A stretch of DNA of 64,000 bases from Alphaproteobacteria bacterium (GCA_009783145.1 WRHR01000005.1:194-64193); one strand, 5' to 3'; numbered from the stretch's first letter, positions 33,612 to 46,031 are shown. Notes: a model not told the origin generated them from the sequence alone. A program made the numbers and translations.

Positions 33612-34535
33612 TTATATTTTATCCGGCAATTTCAGCATTTCGCCCAGTTTAAAGTCCCATTCTTCCGGATGAAATTTCAGCAATCCGCTGCCGGGCGTGA
33701 AAGTCAATTCTCCGATTTTCAGCCCCGTTTTCAGCTTTATGATATTGATGCGCACCAGCGGGAACGGCTCGGCCAATTTTTTGCACAGTTCCAGCATTTC
33801 CTTGAATTCTTTGGGCTTTTTAATGTCGCCCGTAGAACGCCCCATATTTTTCTTGAAAGGCATCCGCTTGAAATTCAAATCAAACTCGTCCGATATATGA
33901 CGACCCTGTTCATCAAACCCGCGCAGCATTATCCATACGGGCTTTCCGTTAAAGCAAAAGAATTCGTACTCGGTGCCGCCCTTATCCATTTCCGGAATAT
34001 ACTTTTCGCATATTATCCGCGGCACGATATTCTTGTACCCCCATTCGAACCCGCGGAAATAGATATTTGCGGCCGGCCGCGTCCATTTCCTCAGTTTTTC
34101 GCGCGCCTTTGCAACATCCAAGTCCTTCTTTGACCGGCAGATTATATTCTGTTTGCAGCCCCAATTGACCTTTAGCACGAATTGTTCGGGCAGCTTATCA
34201 AAGTCTATCTCGTCCGCGCTGCGATATACGCCGATAAGATCGACTAGATACTGCGGGCCGACCGCGTCGGCGATATATTCCCTTGCGCGGTACTTGTCCG
34301 CGCACAAAGTAATCAAAGAATCATGATAGTAAAATTTCAGCCACTGGATTTTCTCGCTGTACGAACGCGGATTATCCAAATTCAAATCATATCCGTGCGC
34401 GCGGCGAAATCTATAGCCCAGGATGAATCTTATGTCCTTTTCGGGCAAGTTTTCATCGATGCGGCGCGCCCGCAGCCGAATATATTTTATAAAATCCGAC
34501 AAGCGGCGCAAAAACGAGGGCTTTTTGATTTGCAT
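33612..34535 (-). CDS. TupA-like ATP-grasp family protein
   Basis: KVNWGCKQNIIC, EYEFFCFNGKP, INIIKLKTGLKIGELTFTPGSG resemble the TupA-like ATP-grasp pattern; start 34535 or 34571. Confidence 0.55.
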   Translation of the reverse strand: MQIKKPSFLRRLSDFIKYIRLRARRIDENLPEKDIRFILGYRFRRAHGYDLNLDNPRSYSEKIQWLKFYYHDSLITLCADKYRAREYIADAVGPQYLVDLIGVYRSADEIDFDKLPEQFVLKVNWGCKQNIICRSKKDLDVAKAREKLRKWTRPAANIYFRGFEWGYKNIVPRIICEKYIPEMDKGGTEYEFFCFNGKPVWIMLRGFDEQGRHISDEFDLNFKRMPFKKNMGRSTGDIKKPKEFKEMLELCKKLAEPFPLVRINIIKLKTGLKIGELTFTPGSGLLKFHPEEWDFKLGEMLKLPDKI

Positions 34536-34672
34536 TGCAACTATTCCTATATTCCGCTCAATTAATAACATTAAAATTGCAAGGTAGCAAGGGTAAAGAA
34601 TTTGTACATTTGGCGAGTTTATTTAAAAAATACTTGCAATCGGCAAAAAACTGTGCAAAAATCCCAACCTGT

Positions 34673-34749
34673 GCGAGCGTAGCTCAGTTGGCTAGAGCGC
34701 AACCTTGCCAAGGTTGAGGTCGAGGGTTCGAGCCCCTTTGCTCGCACCA
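34673..34749 (+). tRNA. tRNA-Gly(GCC)
   Basis: GCGAGCG-TA-GCTC-AGTTGGCTA-GAGC-G-CAACC-TTGCCAA-GGTTG-AGGTC-GAGGG-TTCGAGC-CCCTT-TGCTCGC-A-CCA. Confidence 0.9.
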
Positions 34750-34880
34750 CACTTCGCGTCTGTGACGCTTCGTGTGGCTTCGCCACGCGAAATGCGGAGC
34801 AGCGAAGTCCAACGAAGCCTTGGCGAAGTTGGATGAACGCGAAGTAGTGCCACCCGTAGCCTTGGCGTAGGGTGGCGGAG
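34745..34880. repeat. tRNA-3'-flank repeat, copy 1 (with extra GC-hairpin module)
   Basis: CACCACACTTCGCGTCTGTGACGCTTCGTGTGG..CCACGCGAAATGCGGAGCAG..AACGCGAAGTAGTG..GCCTTGGCG; first 57 nt differ at only a few positions from 53508-53564. Confidence 0.8.
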
Positions 34881-34947
34881 CAGATTATGTGTTGAATTTC
34901 CAGCCATTTTGCTGGATTTTTTCATTTCGACAAAATCCGCAAATAAC

Positions 34948-34975
34948 TTGACAAATGGATATTTTGTTGTAGAAT
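34948..34975 (+). promoter_or_regulatory. promoter TTGACA-16-TAGAAT positioned for a leaderless transcript
   Basis: -10 ends 34975; ATG at 34982 lies exactly 7 nt downstream. Confidence 0.5.
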
Positions 34976-34981
34976 TGTCGC

Positions 34982-37555
34982 ATGTCGGCAAATCTGACCC
35001 AAAATTTTTCCAATTCCGATTCCGCCTTCGCCAAGGCTCCGGCGGACAAGACGCAGCGCAGCGAAGCCGCATTTGCGGCCGCGGTGCGCGACCTGTTGCT
35101 GTTCGGCGGCAGCACCAATCTATTTTCAGATCCCGGGAACCTGGTTTTGAACCTGCCCTATCGCTTTTTCGCGTACACCGCTCCCGCTTGGGCAAAAAAA
35201 GGCTTTTTCGACTTCCATTTTCCATTCCGCTTTTCAAAAGACGGCCCCTCGGAGTTCCTGGACGTTTTCTTCAACACTTTGCACAAAAAGCTGGAAGCCG
35301 TAAAAACGAACAGATTAAAAGCCGTATCTTTAAAAAACGACGCTTGGGAATTCGACGCCGTGTTGAAACTGCTCGCGCCGGAACTGGAATTCGCGGACCC
35401 TTCCGAGAAGCTGGACTTTCTAAAAAACCAATGCAGCCTTAAAGACGAGGGCCACGTTCAATTTGAAGACCAACAAATCTTTCTCTCGCGTTATGCGATG
35501 ATGCTGGTGGCGATAAATATCTCGGCCAGAAAAAACATGTCCAAGGCATTCCAGGACGATTTGAACTCCCCATTGTTCTCAGACGGAAACGACCCGGACG
35601 CCATGCAAAAATCAAAGGCCGACTTCGAATCCGAAATGCGCTTGAGATTCGCTTATTATTACTTCGCGCGTTCCGACATCAACAATGCCGATACGAAAAC
35701 GATCGTCGCCGAGATTTGGAATCATATTCGCGGAAAGCAGCTTAAGGAAGCATACGAATCCGCTATGGCAAAACTGGATTTTACGGCGAAGGCGTTATTA
35801 AGCCCCGAAGACAACAAGAAATTCTTCGGGTTGCTGGGAAAATTCAAGCTGGAATACATTTTCGACATCTTGTTTTCCAAGCGAAAGGGCGATTTCAAGA
35901 CGGAATTCGAAGACGCTTTGAACGACGCGGGCTATGTATTCGAACGGGGCAAATGGCGCAAAGGCAAAGACACGGCGGCGCAATATCCGGGCGGTACATT
36001 CTCGCCGCATATCGGATTTTTCCTTTGCCGGTGCATAAACGCATTCTGCGAATTCATCGAGCAGGAAAAAGAAAACTGTCCCGAAGACAATCGGCAGGAA
36101 TGGCTTGAATCGCTGGCGAAAAACTTCTTCACCGCGGTTCGAAACGAGTATGGCAAAGCGGATAAGGGCGTGGACTTCATCGCCGCGCCGAAATTCGTAA
36201 ACCAGCATCATAAAAACGCGCGCAAGCAAGCGGACGCGGCAGAGGCCGGCTCGGGGCGGACAATCGTCGATAAACTCAGCGGCGAAACGACGCGCGAATC
36301 CCCTGGTTTCATAGACTTGTGCAAATGGCAGACATTGTTCAGCAAAGACACCGAAGCCTGCCTGAATTACAGAAAAGGCGACGAGCGGACATTGGAAAAA
36401 CTGCACGCCCAATTCGCCGCCAATCCTTGTCAAGAAACAGCGGATGAAATCTATGAGGCGGAAAAGGACCTTATAGAACTAAATATGTCGATCTATGGGT
36501 GCAACTGCAACGCGTGGATAAGGATTCCTATGCTGGGACGCGACGGCAAGCCTGTGCCGCGTCCACTGATCGGCGACAAAAAACCCGTCAGAATCGAAAG
36601 TTTTCCGGAACCTGTCAAAAACACTCAGACGACCCTCTTCCCGTTTGTCGTTCCGTATGACATCGATGTCGGCCAAATAGAACTGCCAAATGAACCATTT
36701 GAAAAAATACTTGCCGATTTGCCGGAAATACATTATTCCACGGCAGAAAAATTCCACCGCTTCAAGAAAACGGAAAACGGCTGGCCGCGCATCAAGGACG
36801 GGAACTATGAATGCATCAACGAATTCCTGCATGAAGAATATAATCCGGAAACTTGGACGACTATGGACGGAAAACCGTCGAACACCGGACGCACAAGAAA
36901 GAACTGCAAGCTGAAATACTTTTTATTCGAATGGGATCATCTGGACCCGAAGGAGCAATATAAAAAACTTTTGGCATACGAAAAATATATCGAACGCGCG
37001 GTATGGTCGGCTGGGGAAAATGGTTCCATACATATCAAAATCAAAGCGCTGTATGAACCCATAGTTCTGGAAGAATATGATTGGTTGCGCAGGCATATGC
37101 TTATCAAATTTGGATTCTTTGACAGCGACCCGAATACAAAAGACAACAGCCGCTGCACGCGAGTGCCGAATGCGACAAGCCCAAATACCGGCAAGCCGCA
37201 GAAGTTATTGCATTACAATCCGGACGCATGTTTTTCCGAGAACTGGCGGCCGCTGTTTATGGCCGAAAGAAAAGAAGCCGAAAGGCAGAAAGCATTGGCA
37301 GCGCAACACAAAGCGTCCATGCTATATTATACCGCCGACTCGAACGACAAGTGGCGGAACTATTGGATTGACAGGACGAAAGAAGCGCGCGCAATGCTGA
37401 CGGAAGGAAACCGCACGGCCGCGCTTCCCAAGATAATCAATACCAGTGCAAGCAGCGTTCTCAGCGAGCAAGACTTTATTGATTTGCTAGGCGACCTATT
37501 GGAAAAAGACAATATCAATTATTTAAAAACTTTGTACAAGGCCAACACGCATTAA
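34982..37555 (+). CDS. large hypothetical protein with C-terminal AEP (primase-polymerase)-like motif set
   Basis: 857 aa; YFLFEWD (E650-x-D652), SAGENGSIHIKIK (S682-I-H684), FFDSD and RCTRVPNATSPNTGKPQ (from R724) in the order expected for AEP motifs I-III; N-terminal 600 aa unrecognised. Confidence 0.6.
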   Translation: MSANLTQNFSNSDSAFAKAPADKTQRSEAAFAAAVRDLLLFGGSTNLFSDPGNLVLNLPYRFFAYTAPAWAKKGFFDFHFPFRFSKDGPSEFLDVFFNTLHKKLEAVKTNRLKAVSLKNDAWEFDAVLKLLAPELEFADPSEKLDFLKNQCSLKDEGHVQFEDQQIFLSRYAMMLVAINISARKNMSKAFQDDLNSPLFSDGNDPDAMQKSKADFESEMRLRFAYYYFARSDINNADTKTIVAEIWNHIRGKQLKEAYESAMAKLDFTAKALLSPEDNKKFFGLLGKFKLEYIFDILFSKRKGDFKTEFEDALNDAGYVFERGKWRKGKDTAAQYPGGTFSPHIGFFLCRCINAFCEFIEQEKENCPEDNRQEWLESLAKNFFTAVRNEYGKADKGVDFIAAPKFVNQHHKNARKQADAAEAGSGRTIVDKLSGETTRESPGFIDLCKWQTLFSKDTEACLNYRKGDERTLEKLHAQFAANPCQETADEIYEAEKDLIELNMSIYGCNCNAWIRIPMLGRDGKPVPRPLIGDKKPVRIESFPEPVKNTQTTLFPFVVPYDIDVGQIELPNEPFEKILADLPEIHYSTAEKFHRFKKTENGWPRIKDGNYECINEFLHEEYNPETWTTMDGKPSNTGRTRKNCKLKYFLFEWDHLDPKEQYKKLLAYEKYIERAVWSAGENGSIHIKIKALYEPIVLEEYDWLRRHMLIKFGFFDSDPNTKDNSRCTRVPNATSPNTGKPQKLLHYNPDACFSENWRPLFMAERKEAERQKALAAQHKASMLYYTADSNDKWRNYWIDRTKEARAMLTEGNRTAALPKIINTSASSVLSEQDFIDLLGDLLEKDNINYLKTLYKANTH

Positions 37556-37579
37556 AAACGCGGCGTTCGCCGCGTTTTT

Positions 37580-37581
<2 letters not shown>
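37555..37581. terminator. bidirectional rho-independent terminator
   Basis: AAAAACGCGGCGTTCGCCGCGTTTTTTT between convergent genes. Confidence 0.7.
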
Positions 37582-40645
<3,064 letters not shown>

Positions 40646-40667
40646 TATTTAAATATCTTTACAATTT

Positions 40668-41225
40668 CTACCGCACCGGACAAACCGTTATTCCAATTTT
40701 CTTATCAATCTTAAAACGCCATAGTCCGGCCTCTTCCGCTTCCTTTATATGATTTGGAGAATCATCCATAACTATGAATTCGTCATTCGGATATTTTTCT
40801 TGTATTTCTTTATAAAAACCAAATTTCGATGTGAAAGGTGGAACAAAATCTATTGATGCGAATTTTCCAAATGTTTTGGTCAGAAACTTTTTATATCTTT
40901 CATTTGATTCAGGCGAATAGTCATTAGCCGAGCAGATATGAACCGGATAATCTTTCAAAAGCTGTTTTACATCTTGCACTGCGTCCGGCAGGAAAGGCGT
41001 TTTTATATGCTGGTCGGTTTCATAAAAACGCTTCATAAATCCTTCTTGTTTCGGCGTTAAACTATGATTTTTTAGTTTAAGTTTCACTGCCATAATCGCA
41101 AAATCGAACCAGGTCAGCCTGCCCGCCGCGATTTCTTCTTTGGCAAACCGTTTGAATTGCTTGGAATAATGCTCTTGCACAACACCGTTCAGGTCCAGAA
41201 TAATGCGAAGTTTCGGTTTAGTCAT
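40668..41225 (-). CDS. HAD-superfamily-like hydrolase
   Basis: ILDLNGV (motif I-like), SAN, VMDDSPNH (motif IV-like); ATGA overlap with era. Confidence 0.5.
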   Translation of the reverse strand: MTKPKLRIILDLNGVVQEHYSKQFKRFAKEEIAAGRLTWFDFAIMAVKLKLKNHSLTPKQEGFMKRFYETDQHIKTPFLPDAVQDVKQLLKDYPVHICSANDYSPESNERYKKFLTKTFGKFASIDFVPPFTSKFGFYKEIQEKYPNDEFIVMDDSPNHIKEAEEAGLWRFKIDKKIGITVCPVR

Positions 41226-42112
41226 TTCTTAAACTCCAATCCTTGTTCTTCATAATTCTCCCGCTTGTCTTCCCAATCCTTTTCCACGCGTACGAATAAG
41301 TGTAAGCGGGCATTCACGCCCCATTCGTCTTGTATTTCATGACGCGCGGCGGTGCCGATTTGTTTTAATTGAGCGCCGCCCTTGCCCACTACGATTTTTT
41401 TATGGTTTTCCGATGCGACGACGATTTTCTGATAGATATCCAGCACTCCGTCCGGAGCAGTTTCTACTTTCTCGGTCGCCACGAAAATATGATAAGGCAA
41501 TTCCTGATGCACGAACTTATACACTTTCTCACGCGTGATTTCCGCCAGCCACAATGTATCCGGCACATCCGTCTGATCATGCGGATCAAACAGATACGGG
41601 CCGGTCGGCATTACCGCGGCCAAGGACCCCAGCATAGGCGCGATTCCATCGTTTTTCAGCGCGGAAATCATGAAGATTTCTTTGAATATGCCCGCTTCCG
41701 ACAGCTCCGCCGCAATCGGCAAAAGTTTCGGCTTTGGCACCGCATCGGTTTTGTTTATTACGGCGAAAATGGACTCACCTTTCAACTTCGCGATTATGTC
41801 CCTGGTCGTTTTCGTAATCCCATGAGTCGCGTCAATCAGCAACAGCACCGCGTCCGAGTCCCCCAGCGCGTCAAAAGCCGCGCCCACCATAGCCCGATCC
41901 AGGCGCCGCGCGGGTTTAAACACCCCCGGAGTATCCACAAATATCAATTGCGCGTCACCAACCATCTTTACCGCACGCAGGCGCGTGCGCGTAGTTTGGA
42001 CCTTGTGCGACACTGCCGACACCTTGCGCCCCATAATCTGGTTCAACAAAGTGCTCTTTCCCGCGTTAGTCGGGCCAATAATCGCGACAAAGCCAGAATG
42101 TGTGTTTTTCAT
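41222..42112 (-). CDS. era: GTPase Era
   Basis: G1 GPTNAGKST, G3 DTPG, G4 NKTD, C-terminal KH domain VGKGG. Confidence 0.95.
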   Translation of the reverse strand: MKNTHSGFVAIIGPTNAGKSTLLNQIMGRKVSAVSHKVQTTRTRLRAVKMVGDAQLIFVDTPGVFKPARRLDRAMVGAAFDALGDSDAVLLLIDATHGITKTTRDIIAKLKGESIFAVINKTDAVPKPKLLPIAAELSEAGIFKEIFMISALKNDGIAPMLGSLAAVMPTGPYLFDPHDQTDVPDTLWLAEITREKVYKFVHQELPYHIFVATEKVETAPDGVLDIYQKIVVASENHKKIVVGKGGAQLKQIGTAARHEIQDEWGVNARLHLFVRVEKDWEDKRENYEEQGLEFKK

Positions 42113-42155
42113 AAAGGAAATGATAGCAGAGGAAAATTGGAAATAAAGAGAAAAA

Positions 42156-42286
42156 AATGACTAATGACCAATGACTAATTAATGGGTTCGCTTTCGCTCA
42201 CAAGTTCATCGACTGGATTGCTTCGGCTTCGCCTCGCAATGACAATTTAGCGTGGATTGGTAATTAGTCATTGGTCATTAGTCATT
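42156..42286. repeat. heptamer-arm hairpin H5 (AATGACT/AATGACC units) carrying a family D half-element as core
   Basis: 42156-42181 is the exact reverse complement of 42261-42286 (26 bp); interior 42213-42246 equals the family D arm. Confidence 0.8.
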
Positions 42287-42311
42287 AAAAAACGCCCTTT
42301 CGGGCGTTTTT
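42287..42311 (-). terminator. rho-independent terminator after rlpA
   Basis: AAAAAACGCCCTTTCGGGCGTTTTT. Confidence 0.6.
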
Positions 42312-43170
42312 AGATAGAATCGGCGTTTATCCATCTTCCGTCTTTCAACAAGCCCGGGGACATCGCTTCGTTATGGCGCAGCGTATCAATCGTCCTGCGC
42401 GCTGTCGGCGCGTCCAAGCCCACTACGCGGACTTTATGCATTCCGCCTTCGTTATCAACCCGGACATTGCCCAGATTGCTTATGCGGCGTGCAAGCGCCT
42501 GTGCGCTGTCTTCACTGTAAAACGCCGCTACCTGCACCGTGTACGGCCCAGTGCCGCCGGTTGCCGCCGGTTGAGGTTGCGGTGCCGGACGATATTCAGG
42601 CTCTTCCGCGGTCATTCCTCCCACACCAAGCGTTGCGTTCTTTACCGCCAAGCTCTGTTCCGCCAAGACCTGGACCTGGACCTTGGTCTGGCCCGTCATG
42701 CCCAGCTTTTTCGCCGCCGCGGTCGAAACGTCCATAATCCGAGAGTTCACGAACGGACCGCGGTTATTCACGCGCAGCACCGCCGAGTTGCCGTTATCCA
42801 GGTTAGTAACCCGCACGATCGACGGCAAAGGCAAGACCTTGGATGTGGCGACCAGTTGCTCCGAGTTGAAGACTTCGCCATTCGTCGTCTTCGTTCCGTT
42901 CAGGTCGTTCGGTATTATGCCCGCTATGCCCGTTTGATTATAGGACATATCTTCCATAGGCGTGTATTGTATGTCATCCACCTTGTACGCCGATCCGACA
43001 TGATACTTCGGCGCCGGCGCCAGCAGATACGAATTATTGTCGTAACTCGCGCCGCTTAGGCTTTCTTCGGTCATCTCGCCATAGCCGCCGTACTTGTCCT
43101 TGTTCGTGGTATCCGAGCAAGCGGCCAGCGCAAGCGGCAAAATTAAAAACGGTATATAATACAACTTCAT
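42310..43170 (-). CDS. rlpA: septal ring lytic transglycosylase RlpA family lipoprotein with C-terminal SPOR domain
   Basis: AGGAGG RBS, lipobox LALAAC, DPBB core (ATSKVLPLPSIVRVTNLDNGNSAVLRVNNRGPF), SPOR-like YTVQVAAFYSEDSAQALA. Confidence 0.85.
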   Translation of the reverse strand: MKLYYIPFLILPLALAACSDTTNKDKYGGYGEMTEESLSGASYDNNSYLLAPAPKYHVGSAYKVDDIQYTPMEDMSYNQTGIAGIIPNDLNGTKTTNGEVFNSEQLVATSKVLPLPSIVRVTNLDNGNSAVLRVNNRGPFVNSRIMDVSTAAAKKLGMTGQTKVQVQVLAEQSLAVKNATLGVGGMTAEEPEYRPAPQPQPAATGGTGPYTVQVAAFYSEDSAQALARRISNLGNVRVDNEGGMHKVRVVGLDAPTARRTIDTLRHNEAMSPGLLKDGRWINADSI

Positions 43171-43232
43171 GGATTTCCTCCTTCCATTCTTAACAAACAT
43201 TTTATCATAAAAAAAAGCGAGATGCAAACGGG

Positions 43233-43304
43233 AAAAGTAGAAAGTAGCAAGTAGAAAGTAGAAAATATATACCCCCTACTTCCTACTTTCTACTTGCTAC
43301 TTTT
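43233..43304. repeat. heptamer-arm hairpin H6 (GTAGAAA/GTAGCAA units)
   Basis: AGTAGCAAGTAGAAAGTAG in left arm pairs with CTACTTTCTACTTGCTACT in right arm; right arm covers the last four codons (KSSK) and stop of murJ. Confidence 0.75.
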
Positions 43305-44795
43305 ATTAATAATCCACGCGCACGGAAGATATAAAATCCCATACATTCCGATTGCCGCGAACAGCTTGAAGATATTATCGATCGGAACAAACCAGATCCC
43401 GACCGCCAGAACGGCGGAAAGCACCGCAAAGCCCGCCACCGCGCGCTTGGTTCCCGGCAGAATCCTGAACAAATCCCGTTTGCGGCATTCGCGCAGCAGC
43501 AACAGGTTCTTCACATAGCCCCCGACCACGATCCCGACAGGAATCGCAAGATACCCAATGAACGCGAACAGACCCAGATACAGCCCGCTGGATACAATCA
43601 GCCCAATCACCGAAGTTCGCACCGGAGTCTTTACATCTTGCGCCGCGTACAGAGTTTTGGAATAAATCTGACTTGTCGTCATTACCGGCAGAACCAGCGC
43701 TTGTATCATAATCGCCGCCGCAACCGCCAATGTGCTTTCATGAGTCCAGGCGCCATGCTCGAACAAAAACTGCATTATCGGCTTCGCCAATGCTATCAAC
43801 CCTGCCATACAAGGCAGCGTCAGCATCAGGCTTTGCCTCATCGCCGCGTTCTGCTGGACATACACACGCGTCATATTTTTTTCCGCCAGCGCATTCGAAA
43901 TGCTGGTCAGCAGCACCGTCCCCGCCGCAAGCCCTATGATGGCAAACGGCAGCTGCACCATCCGGTCGGAATAGAAAAGCCAGGTAACCGCGCCGGCTTG
44001 AAAGGACGCGACCATAGTCCCGATGATTATATTCAACTGATAAAATCCGCTGCCCACCAGCCCCACGCCCAGACGTCGGAATGCCGTCCTTATCTGACCG
44101 TTCCATTTCGGGCGCATCAGCCGCAGCCCGAACTTTCGCGCGCGCAGCCGCCCCCACAAGACCGACATTTGGACCACTCCCGACAGCACCACCGCCGCGG
44201 ACAGGATATACAGCGTGCCGGTTTCCGCATTCAGGCGCATGGCAAGCACCAGCGCCCCGATAGAAAACAAATTGAACAGCACGGGCATGCTCGCGACCAG
44301 GGCGAATTCGGAAAAAGCGTTCAATATACTGCCCAGAAATGCCGACCCGCATATGAAAATCAAATACAAGAACAGCCAGCGGCCGATTTCCACCGTCATC
44401 TGCATCTTGCCCGGATCGTCCGCGAATCCCGGCGCCAGAATCCAGATTATAATCGGCATCGCTATCAAGCCGATAATCGTAATCCCCAGCAAAACCGCCA
44501 TCAGCCAAGAAAAGAAATTATTGGCGAAACGTCCCGCGGCGTTTTCGTCGCCTTTTCTCTGCTGTGCAAACATCGGCACGAATACCGCGGACAGCGCGCC
44601 TTCTCCCAACAGATCGCGGAATAGATTCGGCAATTTAAACGCCGCAAGAAAAATATCGGACAGGCGCCCCGCCCCCAGCACGTTAGCAATCAGAACGTCG
44701 CGCACGAAACCCAGGATGCGGCTGACCGCCGTCCAGCCCCCTACTTTGAAAATATGTTTGCCAAGCTTCACGAAAGAGATTATACTTCCAAACAC
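43290..44795 (-). CDS. murJ: lipid II flippase MurJ
   Basis: 501-aa polytopic protein, N-terminal AVSRILGFVRDVLIANVLGAG signature. Confidence 0.9.
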   Translation of the reverse strand: MFGSIISFVKLGKHIFKVGGWTAVSRILGFVRDVLIANVLGAGRLSDIFLAAFKLPNLFRDLLGEGALSAVFVPMFAQQRKGDENAAGRFANNFFSWLMAVLLGITIIGLIAMPIIIWILAPGFADDPGKMQMTVEIGRWLFLYLIFICGSAFLGSILNAFSEFALVASMPVLFNLFSIGALVLAMRLNAETGTLYILSAAVVLSGVVQMSVLWGRLRARKFGLRLMRPKWNGQIRTAFRRLGVGLVGSGFYQLNIIIGTMVASFQAGAVTWLFYSDRMVQLPFAIIGLAAGTVLLTSISNALAEKNMTRVYVQQNAAMRQSLMLTLPCMAGLIALAKPIMQFLFEHGAWTHESTLAVAAAIMIQALVLPVMTTSQIYSKTLYAAQDVKTPVRTSVIGLIVSSGLYLGLFAFIGYLAIPVGIVVGGYVKNLLLLRECRKRDLFRILPGTKRAVAGFAVLSAVLAVGIWFVPIDNIFKLFAAIGMYGILYLPCAWIINKSSK

Positions 44796-44807
44796 GAAGG
44801 AAAATCT

Positions 44808-45524
44808 ATGAAAAAATTTGTGATGTTATCAATGTTGGCGGCGGTGCTTGCCGGGTGCGGCGGGACATCGACGGAGCCCGAGAAGACCTTGCCGGAAATT
44901 TATGAAACCGCTTATGCGAAGTTCAATAAAGAAAACTATAAGCAAGCCGCCGAGGAATTCATCAAAGCGGAATCGCAATTCCCAGCAAGCCCTTGGGCGT
45001 CCGACGCCCTGATTATGGCGGCTTATTCGCAATACCTGGACGGCGATTTCGCAGGCACTTTGCTGACGACCGACCGCTTTATGCGCTTTCACCCGGGACA
45101 CAACGATGTCGCGTATGTCCTGTACCTGCGCGGAATGAGCTATTACCGCCAAGTGTCCGATGTACGCCGCGAGCCCGGAATGTCCGCATACGCGCTGAAC
45201 ACTTTCCAGCAACTGGTTACCCGATTCCCGAACTCCCCGTATGCCGAAAACGCGCGCAATAAAATCATGATTCTGAAAAACTATATCGCCGGCAAGGTAA
45301 TGTATTCGGCGCGCCGCGATATGAATAAGAAAAACTGGACCAGCGCTATTAACCGCTTGCAATCGATCGTCACCGGAGGCCAGGAAACCGTTATGACGGC
45401 GGAAGCTATGTTCAGACTGACCGAGGCTTATACCGCCATCGGCATGTCCGAACAAGCCGCAGGATACGCCGAGATGTTAAAGTTGAACTTCCCCGATAAT
45501 GAATGGACAAAGAAGTTGAAATAA
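44808..45524 (+). CDS. bamD: outer membrane protein assembly factor BamD
   Basis: Lipobox LAGCGG, TPR-like repeats, YAENARNKI region. Confidence 0.85.
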   Translation: MKKFVMLSMLAAVLAGCGGTSTEPEKTLPEIYETAYAKFNKENYKQAAEEFIKAESQFPASPWASDALIMAAYSQYLDGDFAGTLLTTDRFMRFHPGHNDVAYVLYLRGMSYYRQVSDVRREPGMSAYALNTFQQLVTRFPNSPYAENARNKIMILKNYIAGKVMYSARRDMNKKNWTSAINRLQSIVTGGQETVMTAEAMFRLTEAYTAIGMSEQAAGYAEMLKLNFPDNEWTKKLK

Positions 45525-45614
45525 AAAATCCCGCCATTTGGCGGATTTTTTATTTGCAAGACATATTGACAAACGCCACTGACATGGTATTATTCCCCGA
45601 AAGAGACATTAATA

Positions 45615-46031
45615 ATGCCAGAAACAAAATGGTCTTGTGCGCAATGCGGTAAATGCTGTCAAGAAGCCGTGATATTTAATACCCGTCAAAAGGACGCGAT
45701 TTCTGCACGATATCCAGGTCTGAAATGGATTCATGCCATGGATGCCGAAGGTGACTCGTTTTATTACGAAGCTAAATCCTTTGCATTGGGCAAATGTCAG
45801 TTTCTGCGCCCAACCGTTGACGGAAAATACGAATGCGATGTTTATGACCTGCGCGGACCGGTATGCCACGCATTTGGCGACCACGAATACGTTTTGTATG
45901 TGTGCCATACAAACCCCAGGTTTGACCCAGATGAATACGAGGAAGAGAACATGCTGGTCGATATGAGGAACCCGGATGCATTGGCATGGTACAATCACGT
46001 TAACGAAACAATCCTGGGCAAATACAAATAA
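45615..46031 (+). CDS. YkgJ family (UPF0153) Cys-cluster protein
   Basis: CAQCGKCC motif near N-terminus plus downstream Cys pairs. Confidence 0.65.
   Translation: MPETKWSCAQCGKCCQEAVIFNTRQKDAISARYPGLKWIHAMDAEGDSFYYEAKSFALGKCQFLRPTVDGKYECDVYDLRGPVCHAFGDHEYVLYVCHTNPRFDPDEYEEENMLVDMRNPDALAWYNHVNETILGKYK

Noticed and set aside
43638-44624. 328-aa plus-strand ORF; similar antisense ORFs at 11062-11820, 31929-32576, 39692-40360, 41369-42160, 42373-43059 and 59838-60545
   Set aside because: Each lies antisense to a strongly supported housekeeping gene and has a His/Arg/Gln-rich shadow composition.
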